From positions 379-64,378 of the forward strand of contig JAFGUP010000029.1 of the NCBI GenBank assembly GCA_016938475.1: a DNA stretch of 64,000 nt, in the 5' to 3' direction. The position numbers and the translations under genes are program-made. Of the stretch, positions 1-10,206 are shown piece by piece (position 1 is the first letter of the stretch; every line of letters begins with the position of its first letter). The DNA comes from Sphaerochaetaceae bacterium. GTDB lineage: Bacteria; Spirochaetota; Spirochaetia; Sphaerochaetales; Sphaerochaetaceae. The notes under the pieces were generated by a model, which had not been told where the DNA came from, ran no database searches, and saw only the letters and a list, made by a program, of their open reading frames with translations.

Positions 1-1
1 G

Positions 2-1825
2 AAAGATCACAAGATCAATATAATAGACACTCCCGGACACGTGGATTTCACCGCGGAGGTAGAACGCTCACTGCGTGTGCTTGATGGAGCTGTGGCAGTA
101 GTATGCGGTGTGAGCGGGGTCGAACCGCAGACCGAAACGGTCTGGCGCCAGGCTGACAGCTACCGGGTGCCTCGTATCATTTTCATCAACAAGATGGACC
201 GTCTTGGTGCAGATTTCTATGCTGCAATCGATGAGTTGAAAGAGAAATTCTCCATAACTCCCGTTCCTTTGTTCCTTCCCATCGGCAGTGAGAGTGATTT
301 TAGCGGGATCATCGATGTCATCAGGGGAGAGCGGATCGAATTCGACAAGACCTCCTATGGTTCACAGATGAGCCGGTACCCGTTGCAGGAAGAACAGCAG
401 AAGGTCAGAGACCAGTGGCATGAGTTCCTCATTGATTCTGTTGCCTCCTACTCGGATGAGATCACAGAACTGTTCTTTTCGGGTGAAAAGATCCCTGACC
501 AGAAGATCTATGACGTCCTTCGCAGTGAGACGATCAAACGCAATCTCTACCCCGTGTTCGTCGGCTCAGCATTGAAGAACATCGGTGTACAGCCTCTCCT
601 TGACGGCATCACAGCCCTTCTCCCCTCACCTCTTGATCTTCCTCCGATGAAAGGGATCAGTGTCAAACATGAGAACGATGTAGATGTCAGGCACGACCCT
701 TCCTCTCATCCTCTTGCCCTGATTTTCAAGATTCAGCATGACAGAGAAGCGGGCCCCCTGTGTTTCGTACGGGTGTACAGCGGTGTCCTTAAAAAAGGTA
801 CTGCAATCTTCAACATCGGAAAGAAAAAGAAGGAACGGATAAACAGAATCGTGCGAATGCATGCAAACAAACAGGAGACGATCGATTCCCTCGCTGCAGG
901 TGATATCGGAGTCATCATCGGTTTCAAGCATGCCCAGACAGGGGATACTATCGGCTCGGAGGGGCATCAGGTCCTCCTTGAGAGCATGCATTTTCCCGAA
1001 CCGGTCATATCGGTTGCCATCGAACCCAAGACGATGAGCGATCAGGATAAACTGAAGGGTGCTCTGACGCTTCTGAGTGTCGAGGACCCGACGTTCACCT
1101 GGAAGGAAGATATCGATACCGGACAGATAGTGATCAGAGGGATGGGAGAACTTCATCTGGATGTTCTGGTTACCAGACTGACAAAAGAGATGAAGGTTGA
1201 AGCGAGAGTTGGCAATCCTCAGGTCACGTACCGTGAGACGATCTCACAGCCGAGTGAGCACACTGAGACTTATACCCGTATTCTTGCGGGAAAGGAACAT
1301 CAGGCGACAGTCACGCTTGCGATCACACCCAAGCCTACCGCCAGCGGGGTAAGTTTCATCAGCGATCTGTCCAAGAGAGATCTTCCTCATGAGTATCTGG
1401 AGGCTATAGAACGTGGGGTGATGAACTCGGTTAAGTCGGGAATCCGCTATGGATACGAGGTTGTGGATATCGAGGTGAGGCTTAAACAGGTGAATTTCAA
1501 TATCCTTACTGCCAGTGAGTTCGCTTTCGAGGCGGCAAGTGCTATCTGTTTCGAAAACGGAGCGAGAGATGCCGAACCGATCCTGCTTGAACCGGTGATG
1601 AAGGTTGACCTGATCGTGCCTACCCAGTTCGTCGGGGATGTGATGAGTTCTCTGACCAGCAGAGGAGGTCTGATCAATTCGATGCATTCAAGGGTCAGCG
1701 GAGATCATATCGAAGCAAAGGCACCTTTGGCAAAACTCTTCGGATACTCCACAATCCTCAGATCATCCACCCAGGGAAGAGGGACCTTTTCTATGGAATT
1801 CTCCCATTTTGCGCCGAAAAACTAA
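2..1825 (+). CDS. fusA: Elongation factor G, 5'-truncated by the window edge
   Basis: The frame is open from nt 2. Translation reads KINIIDTPGHVDFTAEVERS...FINKMDRLGADF (G3 DTPGH and G4 NKMD motifs), followed by EF-G domains II-V (GMGELHLDV, C-terminal FSHFAPKN). Confidence 0.93.
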   Translation, partial: KDHKINIIDTPGHVDFTAEVERSLRVLDGAVAVVCGVSGVEPQTETVWRQADSYRVPRIIFINKMDRLGADFYAAIDELKEKFSITPVPLFLPIGSESDFSGIIDVIRGERIEFDKTSYGSQMSRYPLQEEQQKVRDQWHEFLIDSVASYSDEITELFFSGEKIPDQKIYDVLRSETIKRNLYPVFVGSALKNIGVQPLLDGITALLPSPLDLPPMKGISVKHENDVDVRHDPSSHPLALIFKIQHDREAGPLCFVRVYSGVLKKGTAIFNIGKKKKERINRIVRMHANKQETIDSLAAGDIGVIIGFKHAQTGDTIGSEGHQVLLESMHFPEPVISVAIEPKTMSDQDKLKGALTLLSVEDPTFTWKEDIDTGQIVIRGMGELHLDVLVTRLTKEMKVEARVGNPQVTYRETISQPSEHTETYTRILAGKEHQATVTLAITPKPTASGVSFISDLSKRDLPHEYLEAIERGVMNSVKSGIRYGYEVVDIEVRLKQVNFNILTASEFAFEAASAICFENGARDAEPILLEPVMKVDLIVPTQFVGDVMSSLTSRGGLINSMHSRVSGDHIEAKAPLAKLFGYSTILRSSTQGRGTFSMEFSHFAPKN

Positions 1826-1843
1826 CAGTTTCCTAATAAGTGT

Positions 1844-1872
1844 TTGACAACTGGTCATCCACATCATACGAT
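1844..1872 (+). promoter_or_regulatory. Sigma70-like promoter for the EF-G paralogue
   Basis: TTGACA (1844-1849), 17-nt spacer, TACGAT (1867-1872), about 65 nt upstream of the ATG at 1938. Confidence 0.45.
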
Positions 1873-1937
1873 ACTTCTTGTTGAGTGTAGGCGTGCACTG
1901 TGTGCATTGATGCACTCTCCTATACCAAGGAGGACAT

Positions 1938-4013
1938 ATGAGCGTATCCAGTACTGACCTGAGGAACATTGCTATCATCGGGCACATCGGTACCGGGAAA
2001 ACCTCATTATTGGAACAGATACTGTTTCAATGTGGAGTGATTTCCCGTGCCGAGAACGTTGCGACAGGGAAAAGTGTGAGTGACTTCACCGAAGAGGAAA
2101 TCTCCAGAGAGATGTCGATCCATACGGCCATGGCACCGGTGGAATATGAGGGAAAGCTCCTCACATTCCTTGACACACCCGGAACGGCCGACTTCATCGG
2201 AGAAGTTATTGGTGCACTGAGAACGTGTGAGAATGCACTCATGGTTGTTGATGCACGGGACGGAGCACAGATCGAGACGATCAAACTCTGGAAAAGACTG
2301 GACAGCAGAAACAAACCACGAGCTGTCTTCATGAACAGATGCGACAGGGATCGCTCAGACTTCTTCGCATCGTTCACAACATTGAAAGAGCAGATAGATG
2401 CCACGTACGTACCGGTCACCATTCCCATGGGTTCCGGAAATGATTTCAAGGGTGTTATTAACCTCATTGAAATGAAGGCATATACATATGATTCGAACGG
2501 AAAGGAAACTGTCTCCGATATCCCCGCTGAGTACAAGGATATTGTTGAGGAATACGAATTCCTTCTTATCGAGGCCGCTGCCGAAGGCACAGATGAGCTC
2601 ATCGAGAAGTACTTCGAAGAAGGGACTCTCAGTCCCGATGAGATCCGGGAAGGCCTGCGTCAGGGGCTGTCTGAGAACAGAATAGTCCCCGTCCTTGCCG
2701 GAGCGGGAGAAAAGGGAAGCGGTATTGCATCCCTTCTTCATTTCATCAAGAACAACTTCGTTAATCCCCTCGGTGCGGATGATGAAATACAGCGTGGCGA
2801 TCATGCAGAGACGATTCACATCAACGAAGAGGGACCGTGTGCGGCCTATGTTTTCAAGACAACGATCGACCAGTTCAGTGGAAAACTCTCGTTCGTGAAA
2901 GTCGTTCAGGGACACCTCAGCGGTGATACGGAGATCATGGATCCCTCAATCGGCAAGAAGGAGAAACCCGGAAAAGTCTATCACCTCATCGGAAAGAAGC
3001 TCGTCGAAGTCAACTCACTCACAGCAGGTGAGATCGGAATCATAGCGAAGAGCAATATCGCACATACAAATTCGACCCTCACTGCCGGAGATCTCGGATT
3101 CATCTTCCACCCGCTAAGATTCCCCAGTCCCGTTTATTCCCTGGCCATTACAGCCGGGGATAAGAAGTCCGAGGACAAGATGAACGATGCTCTGCATCGT
3201 GTCGTTGAGGAAGATATCACCTTCCAGACATCCTTCAACGAGGAAACAAAGGAATCGACAGTGAGCGGTATGGGAGAACTGCATATCACCATGATACTCG
3301 ACCGTATCAAAGAGAAGCAGAAGATTTCCATCAACACAAAGACACCGAGAGTCGCCTACAGGGAGACGATCACCAAGAAAAGCGGTGTTGTCGAGTACGC
3401 GCACAAGAAACAGTCAGGCGGTCACGGACAGTACGGTAAGGTGCTTATCGAGATCGAACCGCTCCAGCGTGGTGAGATGTACTCTTTCACAAATGCCATC
3501 AAAGGCGGCAGCGTTTCCAAAGGATACATGCCGGGTATCGAAAAGGGACTGCATGATGCAATGGAAGAGGGTTTTCTCGCTCACTATCCCCTGGTTGATA
3601 TTGGAATCACTATCGTAGATGGAAAGGAACACCCGGTCGACTCATCAGAGATGGCCTTCCGCCTCGCTGCCAAGGGTGCTATGAAGGCAGCTATCGACAA
3701 GGCCGGACCTGTTCTGCTCGAGCCGTTCATGAATCTGTCGGTCTATATCAACGACCAGTATCTCGGTGATATCCTCTCGGACCTGAGTGGTAAGAGAGGG
3801 CGTGTCCTTGGTCAGGAAGATATCGGAGGGGGGATCACCCTCGTCAAGGCGGAGGTTCCCCAGGCTGAGATGCTCAACTATTCAATCGATCTGAAGAGTA
3901 TGACCAGCGGTACCGGCTCCTTCGAGATCGATTTCGACCACTATGAGGCTATCAGCGGCCGTATTGCCGATGATGTGATAGCACGGGCCAAGGCCGATCA
4001 CGAAGCTGAATAA
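1938..4013 (+). CDS. EF-G paralogue (EF-G2-like translational GTPase)
   Basis: P-loop IIGHIGTGKTS, G3 LDTPGTADF, degenerate G4 NRCDRD, GMGELHITM and EF-G domain IV/V-like C-terminus. AAGGAGG RBS sits just upstream of the ATG. Confidence 0.85.
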   Translation: MSVSSTDLRNIAIIGHIGTGKTSLLEQILFQCGVISRAENVATGKSVSDFTEEEISREMSIHTAMAPVEYEGKLLTFLDTPGTADFIGEVIGALRTCENALMVVDARDGAQIETIKLWKRLDSRNKPRAVFMNRCDRDRSDFFASFTTLKEQIDATYVPVTIPMGSGNDFKGVINLIEMKAYTYDSNGKETVSDIPAEYKDIVEEYEFLLIEAAAEGTDELIEKYFEEGTLSPDEIREGLRQGLSENRIVPVLAGAGEKGSGIASLLHFIKNNFVNPLGADDEIQRGDHAETIHINEEGPCAAYVFKTTIDQFSGKLSFVKVVQGHLSGDTEIMDPSIGKKEKPGKVYHLIGKKLVEVNSLTAGEIGIIAKSNIAHTNSTLTAGDLGFIFHPLRFPSPVYSLAITAGDKKSEDKMNDALHRVVEEDITFQTSFNEETKESTVSGMGELHITMILDRIKEKQKISINTKTPRVAYRETITKKSGVVEYAHKKQSGGHGQYGKVLIEIEPLQRGEMYSFTNAIKGGSVSKGYMPGIEKGLHDAMEEGFLAHYPLVDIGITIVDGKEHPVDSSEMAFRLAAKGAMKAAIDKAGPVLLEPFMNLSVYINDQYLGDILSDLSGKRGRVLGQEDIGGGITLVKAEVPQAEMLNYSIDLKSMTSGTGSFEIDFDHYEAISGRIADDVIARAKADHEAE

Positions 4014-4031
4014 CACAGCGTATTTTCAGCA

Positions 4032-4059
4032 CCTGCCGTGCGAAAATCCGTGCGGCAGG
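4032..4059. terminator. Hairpin in the convergent gap between the EF-G paralogue and trmB (no clear U-tract)
   Basis: CCTGCCG...CGGCAGG arms, extendable with GU pairs. Lies between two convergent stop codons. Confidence 0.3.
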
Positions 4060-4159
4060 CGCTCTATCAGCAGCAAAAGAAAAGAGCACCATCCCTTCTT
4101 TCAGACTGTCTACCAGACGTTTTCTGCATAGAGAGACTCTCAGCGACCGTCTGTAGGTT

Positions 4160-4870
4160 TCAGAGCTTTTCCACCCAGATCTCACTGATCGGGTGCTGTT
4201 TCTCCTTCCCCTTGCGTTCAAAACCGGTCGAGGGTCTCCAGGAAACCGGCTGACAGAAGCCTCCGGTAGGATTGACCAGAGTCGGCACCGAATCAAACAC
4301 ATCAACCATCTGATGGGCATACTCGAGCCAGTCGGTGACACAGTAGATGTATCCGCCACTGATCAGTTTGCGAGACAGAAGCGTTGCGAACTCTTTCTGG
4401 ATCAGGCGCCGCTTGTGATGACGTTTCTTCGGCCACGGATCGGGAAAGAATATGTGAAAACCTGCGACCGAACCGTCCGGAATCATATCATTGAGGACCT
4501 GCACCGCATCGAAGCGGATCAGACGGAGGTTCTTCAGTCTTTCCCTGCCTGCAGCAGAGAGGAGCTTGGTGAATCCGCTGAGAAACACCTCGATGCCGAT
4601 GAAGTTCGTGTCGACCTGGTCCTGTACGATCCGTTTCGTGCTGGTCCCCATGCCGAACCCGATCTCTATGACAGTAGGGTTCGAATTTGCGAAGAGGGAA
4701 GAAAAATCAAGCATCTGAGATGAGAAGGGAATCACATATTCGTCACTGTACAGCTGAATCGCCTCCTCCTGAAACGGTCTCAGCTTCCCCTTTCTCAGGA
4801 CAAAACTTTTTATATTCCGTTTGCCGTCATCACCTACCAGATCAACCCGGTCCTTTCCTATATCCATCAC
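4160..4870 (-). CDS. trmB: tRNA (guanine-N7)-methyltransferase
   Basis: Hallmark FPDPWPKKRHHKRRL and the SAM-binding IEIGFGMG motif. Confidence 0.88.
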   Translation of the reverse strand: MMDIGKDRVDLVGDDGKRNIKSFVLRKGKLRPFQEEAIQLYSDEYVIPFSSQMLDFSSLFANSNPTVIEIGFGMGTSTKRIVQDQVDTNFIGIEVFLSGFTKLLSAAGRERLKNLRLIRFDAVQVLNDMIPDGSVAGFHIFFPDPWPKKRHHKRRLIQKEFATLLSRKLISGGYIYCVTDWLEYAHQMVDVFDSVPTLVNPTGGFCQPVSWRPSTGFERKGKEKQHPISEIWVEKL

Positions 4871-4880
4871 ATATTCCTAC

Positions 4881-7800
4881 CTATAATAATCGCTTCAGCA
4901 TCTCGAGGATGAACAGAGATTTATCCTTGAGAGAGATTGCTTGAGTCGTCAGTATGAGAACATTGATCCTCTTCGGATCGAGCTTCACGCTGTTCTGACG
5001 GAGCTGCATCAGCTGCATCACCTTGTCAATGGAGATATCCTTCACCTTCGAGAACGTAACCTCGACTCGGCCGTTTCTCTCCCTGAGGTGATAGACGCCG
5101 AGTTTACGGCAAAGAACTTTAAGTTCTGCGATGTACATCAGATTCGCGACGACCTCCGGGACAGGCCCGAACCGTTCAAGAAGTTCACCATTGAGTGACA
5201 GGAGTGCCTCATCACTGTTAACCGAGGCTATCTTCTTATAAATCTCGAATTTGACCGATGGTTCACTGATATATTCATCAGGAATGAAACCGCTGTAATC
5301 AAGTTCGAGGAAGACCTCCTCTTCCCCGACCCGCTGTTCCTTCGTGAGCCGAGCGATCTCTTCGTCCAGGATCCTGATATACATATCAAGTCCGACAGAT
5401 GCCAGTTGTCCACTCTGCTCGCGACCGAGCAGATTACCTGTGCCGCGGATTTCCATATCCTTCATGGCGATCTTGAAACCGCTGCCGAGTTCGGTATGGT
5501 CACTGATCACCTTGAGCCGTTTGATGGCTATCTCGGAAAGCTGAGAGGAGTGCGGATAGAACAGATACGCATAGGCATCCTTGTCACCTCTTCCGACTCT
5601 CCCGCGAAGCTGATAGAGCTGCGATACTCCATATCGGTCTGCACGATCTATGATGATCGTATTCACATTGGGTATATCTATCCCGTTCTCTATCAGGGTC
5701 GTCGAGATAAGCACCTGGATTCCTTCGTGGACGAAACGGTGCATCACATCCTCGATATGACGGGCCTCCATCTGGCCGTGAACGACATCGAACATGAGAT
5801 GGGGCAGTTCCTTCTGGAGTATCGAGAGAACTTCATCAAGACTGCTGATCCTGTTGTGCAGGTAAAATACCTGCCCCCCCCTCTCAGTCTCGTGTTCGAT
5901 CGCTTTTTTGACCGTATAGATATCATACTCCTCAATCACGGTCTTGATCGCACGTCGCTGAATCGGTGGAGTGGTCAGCAGGGACATGTCCCTGATCTTC
6001 AGTAAAGACATGTACAGCGTTCTCGGGATGGGAGTTGCTGAGAGCGCTATCGAGTCGATGTTGGTCTTAAGTTCCTTCATCTTCTCTTTGTCCTTCACTC
6101 CGAACCGCTGCTCTTCATCGATGATAAGAAGTCCGAGGTCACGGTAGAGAACATCCTTCTGAAGGATACGGTGGGTACCGACAAGGATATCTATCTCTCC
6201 TCTGGACACTTTCTCCAGAGTACGTTTCTGCTGTTTTCTGTCAACGATACGACTCATCATCGCCACCTGTACCGGGAATGTGCCGAGCCGCGTAAGAAGG
6301 GTCTCGTAGTGCTGTTCCGCCAGAATCGTTGTCGGTGCGAGGAAGGCTACCTGTTTGCCCGCCATCACTGCCTTGAAGGCAGCTCGTAGGGCGATCTCGG
6401 TCTTGCCGTATCCTACATCACCGCAGATCAGACGATCCATGACGATGGGGGATTCCATATCCTTCTTGATGTCTTCGACACACTGCAGCTGATCCTCGGT
6501 CTCGTCGTACGGAAACGATGCTTCGAATTCAAGCTGCCAGTCTGTATCTTTCGGGAAAGGATACCCTGAAGTGTTCTTTCTTTTGGCGTACAGAGATATC
6601 AGCCGCTCTGCGAGCTTTTCTGCAGATTTGCGCGCCTTGGCCTTCTTGGCAGACCAGCTGGCACCGCTGAGCGTGTCGAGTTTGGGAGCAGTCCCTTCAG
6701 AGCCGATATACCGCTGAACGAGATTCGCCTGTTCGATGGGAACGAACAGATACTCCTTACCGCCGTACAGGATCTTGATATAGTCCCGTTCCCGCCCTGC
6801 GACATTGACGCGGTCGATCTTCTCGAACTGGCCGATCCCGTAATTGATGTGGACGACATAGTCTCCTTCGTTCAGATCTACAAAGGAGTCCAAAGGGGAA
6901 CTCTGCACCTTGTGGAGTGTCCTGTTGAGCACCTTGCGGCGACCGAAGATCTCATGGTCACAGATGACCGCCAGTTTCTGGCTTTCGAGCACGAACCCGC
7001 CGGAAAGCTCATCAGGCAGAATCATAAGACCACGGAAACTCTGAAGCATCGAGGAAAGGCGATCCTTCTGGAGAATGCTGCCTGCATATATGACGACAGT
7101 GAATCCGTTCGCAAGCAGATTGGTGAGTTCTTCCTTGAAGAGGGTAAAGTTCCCGAAGTACGAATGCCCCTCTCTGACTTCAAACTGATAGGCTCTGTGC
7201 TGTCCTTTGACATCGAACAGCAGTGAAAGTCTTTTCCCGCGTTCCAGGAATGCATGATAATCGAACAGGATCTCATGGGGTTTGGGAGATAAGCGGTCTA
7301 CCTGAAAAGCTTCACGGTAGAGGCTCTTTGCCTCTACCTGCATAGAGTTGAACGAGGTCTCAAGCCGCTCGGCACCGATAAGAAAGAAGTAATCCGAATC
7401 CCTGAAGTACTGACTCATATGAGACCAGTCCCTGGTACTGGTCTCACTCAACACATGGAATGTGACCGAAGGAATCGTTTTTACCTGATCCTGGGTATCA
7501 CTGTCATACAGTGTGATACGCTCTACTGTATCCCAGTCGCCGTGAATCCTGACCGGTCTGTCACTGTCATACGGGAAAAAGTCGAAGATCTCTCCGTGAG
7601 CGGAAAACTCACCGGGAACCGAGGTGCTCGGTGAGCGGTAATAGCCCGCTTCGGTGAACATCCTGCTGAGTGTGGTCGGGTCAAAGGGATCGTTGACGCT
7701 GATCGTCCGTTTCGTCTGTGAGACGAAAGCGGCATCGGGAACAGGAGAGACAAAGGTCCTGATCGGAACAAAGACAATACCGCTTTTCAGGGAATCAAGC

Positions 7801-8123
7801 GACTGAAGGTCCTTGACAAGATGATACTCATCATCCCCGCCGGACAGGTCGCTGTACAGCCTTTTACCCACGCTGCTCATGAACAGAGATGGGATGTTCG
7901 AGACTTTGAGGTCTTTATATAATCCCTGTGCCTGCTGTTCGGTCGGACAGATCACCCACACACGTTTGGTGAGATAGACCTGGTACACATGCAGAAGCAC
8001 GGCAAGAGGATACCCGCCGAGGCCTTCCAAAGCTGAGATACTATCTGGATTCTTCCTGAAAGCCTTGTACGCTTCACTCGATTTCAGGTAGGATTGTACA
8101 GGCTGAAGTATATGCTGCTTCAT
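4881..8123 (-). CDS. mfd: Transcription-repair coupling factor
   Basis: 1080 aa. Motifs: GDVGYGKTE Walker A, LLIIDEEQRFG (DEEQ box), LSATPIPRTL, YLHNRI, QLRGRVGR. N-terminal UvrB-homology region and a CarD-like middle region (DYVVHINYGIG). Confidence 0.95.
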   Translation of the reverse strand: MKQHILQPVQSYLKSSEAYKAFRKNPDSISALEGLGGYPLAVLLHVYQVYLTKRVWVICPTEQQAQGLYKDLKVSNIPSLFMSSVGKRLYSDLSGGDDEYHLVKDLQSLDSLKSGIVFVPIRTFVSPVPDAAFVSQTKRTISVNDPFDPTTLSRMFTEAGYYRSPSTSVPGEFSAHGEIFDFFPYDSDRPVRIHGDWDTVERITLYDSDTQDQVKTIPSVTFHVLSETSTRDWSHMSQYFRDSDYFFLIGAERLETSFNSMQVEAKSLYREAFQVDRLSPKPHEILFDYHAFLERGKRLSLLFDVKGQHRAYQFEVREGHSYFGNFTLFKEELTNLLANGFTVVIYAGSILQKDRLSSMLQSFRGLMILPDELSGGFVLESQKLAVICDHEIFGRRKVLNRTLHKVQSSPLDSFVDLNEGDYVVHINYGIGQFEKIDRVNVAGRERDYIKILYGGKEYLFVPIEQANLVQRYIGSEGTAPKLDTLSGASWSAKKAKARKSAEKLAERLISLYAKRKNTSGYPFPKDTDWQLEFEASFPYDETEDQLQCVEDIKKDMESPIVMDRLICGDVGYGKTEIALRAAFKAVMAGKQVAFLAPTTILAEQHYETLLTRLGTFPVQVAMMSRIVDRKQQKRTLEKVSRGEIDILVGTHRILQKDVLYRDLGLLIIDEEQRFGVKDKEKMKELKTNIDSIALSATPIPRTLYMSLLKIRDMSLLTTPPIQRRAIKTVIEEYDIYTVKKAIEHETERGGQVFYLHNRISSLDEVLSILQKELPHLMFDVVHGQMEARHIEDVMHRFVHEGIQVLISTTLIENGIDIPNVNTIIIDRADRYGVSQLYQLRGRVGRGDKDAYAYLFYPHSSQLSEIAIKRLKVISDHTELGSGFKIAMKDMEIRGTGNLLGREQSGQLASVGLDMYIRILDEEIARLTKEQRVGEEEVFLELDYSGFIPDEYISEPSVKFEIYKKIASVNSDEALLSLNGELLERFGPVPEVVANLMYIAELKVLCRKLGVYHLRERNGRVEVTFSKVKDISIDKVMQLMQLRQNSVKLDPKRINVLILTTQAISLKDKSLFILEMLKRLL

Positions 8124-8162
8124 AAACGCAATTACCCTATCATAGAAGAGAGAACGTATTCA

Positions 8163-8948
8163 ATGGATAGATTTCAATCGCTTGTAGAGTTTATCGGAGA
8201 GATGGGGCTCTATGCAGCTGAAAACCAGAAGAAGATACAGGTGACCTATAAGGATGACGGGTCGGTACTCACCGAGACTGACACATACATCAACAATCAG
8301 GTCAAACAGAGGATAGAGACACTCTTTCCCGAAGCCGGTATCATCACTGAAGAACAGATTACTGCCTTTGATGAGAGTAGCGAGTTCACCTTCATTCTCG
8401 ATCCTATTGACGGTACGGACAGTTATTCACAGGGAATGCCTTCCTGGTGTATATCAGTGGGAATCCTCGACAGAAATCGCCTTCCGGTTGCCGCTATTGT
8501 ACTTGCTCCCCGCTGGGGCCTTGGAGGGAAGGACTCCCTCCTGCTTACCCTCGATTTCGAAGGCCGGATGAAACTCAACGGAGAACCGTTTTCCCCCTCT
8601 GTTCCCGGTGATGATATCGAACAGCTTGCCATGGGTTCGCACGTACAGCACTATATTGACCTGAAGACCTACCGGGGAAAGATACGAAGCTTCGGAAGCA
8701 ATATTCTCCACATGATAGCACCTCTGGTCCATCCGAGAATCCAGGGCTCCATCAGCATTCCCTGTTATGTCTGGGATGTTGCCGGGGCACATGCACTGCT
8801 CAGAGCTGCCGGCTGGCCGGTGACCTACCGTAACGGCGAGGAGTTCACCTATACAGATGAACTGCTCGTAGAACGCAAGACCTTTCAGGGTATACTGCTC
8901 AGCGGAACCCCTGAAGCAGTCACACAGATGAGGAACCTTTTCGCCTGA
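8163..8948 (+). CDS. Inositol monophosphatase family protein
   Basis: ILDPIDGTDSY and VWDVAGAHALLRAAG motifs. Start moved to the ATG at 8163 (MDRFQS), because the track start at 8094 overlaps the mfd start. Confidence 0.75.
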   Translation: MDRFQSLVEFIGEMGLYAAENQKKIQVTYKDDGSVLTETDTYINNQVKQRIETLFPEAGIITEEQITAFDESSEFTFILDPIDGTDSYSQGMPSWCISVGILDRNRLPVAAIVLAPRWGLGGKDSLLLTLDFEGRMKLNGEPFSPSVPGDDIEQLAMGSHVQHYIDLKTYRGKIRSFGSNILHMIAPLVHPRIQGSISIPCYVWDVAGAHALLRAAGWPVTYRNGEEFTYTDELLVERKTFQGILLSGTPEAVTQMRNLFA

Positions 8949-8995
8949 ATCCTACTGTGTGGCAGGTGCGTGTGAAGCCGAGTTTCTCTCAGCTG

Positions 8996-9688
8996 TCACA
9001 GCGATTCACGGATCTTCTGTGTCTCGTGCCAGTGACGGGCTAGATATATGAAGGGAGTATCGAACAGGGAGACCACTACCTTCAGCACATAAGTGGTGAT
9101 CAGGATCTCAACAAGCACTGATACAGGGAACACCCCATAGAAGGCTGCAACTGTGAAGATGAGGGAATCAAGCAGCTGTGATATCAGTGTGGATCCGTTG
9201 TTTCTTACCCAGAGAAATTTCTTGTGGGGCAGATGATTCTTGATCCAGCTGTAGGCGTATATGTCATGCATCTGAGAGACACCGTAAGCGAGCAGGGATG
9301 CTGCAGCTATCCTGGGCATCAGAGCGAAAATCGTGACCATGCTGTCCTGGACGAAATCACTGTCGGCAGGAATGAACAGGAGTGCAAGATTCATAAGGAC
9401 TGTCATGGTGATCATCGAAAAGAATCCGATTGCTACAGCACGTCTGGCATCATGTTTCGAATAGTTCTCGCTGAGAATATCGGTAGCGAGAAAACTTGTA
9501 GCATAGATGATGTTACCCAGCGTAGCTTCTAGACCGAACAGGTCTACCGTCTTGGTCACCTGGATATTCGCGATCATGACCGAGATCGGGATCCAGATGT
9601 ACAGCCCGATGCGCCCCCACAGCCGATAGGCTGTCATGATAAGCAGAAAATTGATGAGGAGCATCAGTGCCCAGTAGAGTTCGTTCAT
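8996..9688 (-). CDS. yhhQ: Queuosine-precursor transporter family membrane protein (YhhQ/DUF165, VUT family)
   Basis: Polytopic membrane protein with YATSFLATDILSENY...ARRAV and GSTLISQLLDSLIF segments typical of DUF165. The ATG at 9688 forms an ATGA overlap with the upstream gene's stop. Confidence 0.7.
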   Translation of the reverse strand: MNELYWALMLLINFLLIMTAYRLWGRIGLYIWIPISVMIANIQVTKTVDLFGLEATLGNIIYATSFLATDILSENYSKHDARRAVAIGFFSMITMTVLMNLALLFIPADSDFVQDSMVTIFALMPRIAAASLLAYGVSQMHDIYAYSWIKNHLPHKKFLWVRNNGSTLISQLLDSLIFTVAAFYGVFPVSVLVEILITTYVLKVVVSLFDTPFIYLARHWHETQKIRESL

Positions 9689-10206
9689 AGGTTCCGTATC
9701 CTTGTATAGGCTTGTTCTACATCGTCCTGTGAACTGATGATCACACACGAATCGATATTGATTCCATACCGATCACACACAGAAGCGATATGCTCTTCCC
9801 GTATCACTGTGAGCATGATCCCTTCATAGGATTCAACGGCATATCTGAAGGCCTTATCAAATCCTCTGCCGGCAAGTTCGTACCGCCCAATCTCATCGAA
9901 CACGATCACATCACTCGAGTACGATGCCTTGAATTGTGTATCTGCCCACACTTCTGTTTCCGGGTTATAAAAGAAGTTGCCGATTTCCGGCCAGGAGTCC
10001 CTCTTCCGAGACGAAAGCATAACCAGAGATGAGCCGTCAGTCTGAGAACTGAGTTCATAGGTATCCTTGCTCTGATCAGGAAGGGCAAGAACCTGGATAA
10101 CCCCGCCGATGCTCTTCCCATCGAGGTCCAGTTTGGAGTACAGGGCGTAGGCCATGGTGGTCTTTCCGGTATTTCTCCCCCCCGTGATGATGATCATGGT
10201 ACTCAT
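9685..10206 (-). CDS. P-loop NTPase, THEP1/NTPase_1-like
   Basis: Walker A IIITGGRNTGKTT and Walker-B-like VIVFDEIGRYEL. About 170 aa, as for stand-alone THEP1-type NTPases. Confidence 0.6.
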   Translation of the reverse strand: MSTMIIITGGRNTGKTTMAYALYSKLDLDGKSIGGVIQVLALPDQSKDTYELSSQTDGSSLVMLSSRKRDSWPEIGNFFYNPETEVWADTQFKASYSSDVIVFDEIGRYELAGRGFDKAFRYAVESYEGIMLTVIREEHIASVCDRYGINIDSCVIISSQDDVEQAYTRIRNL

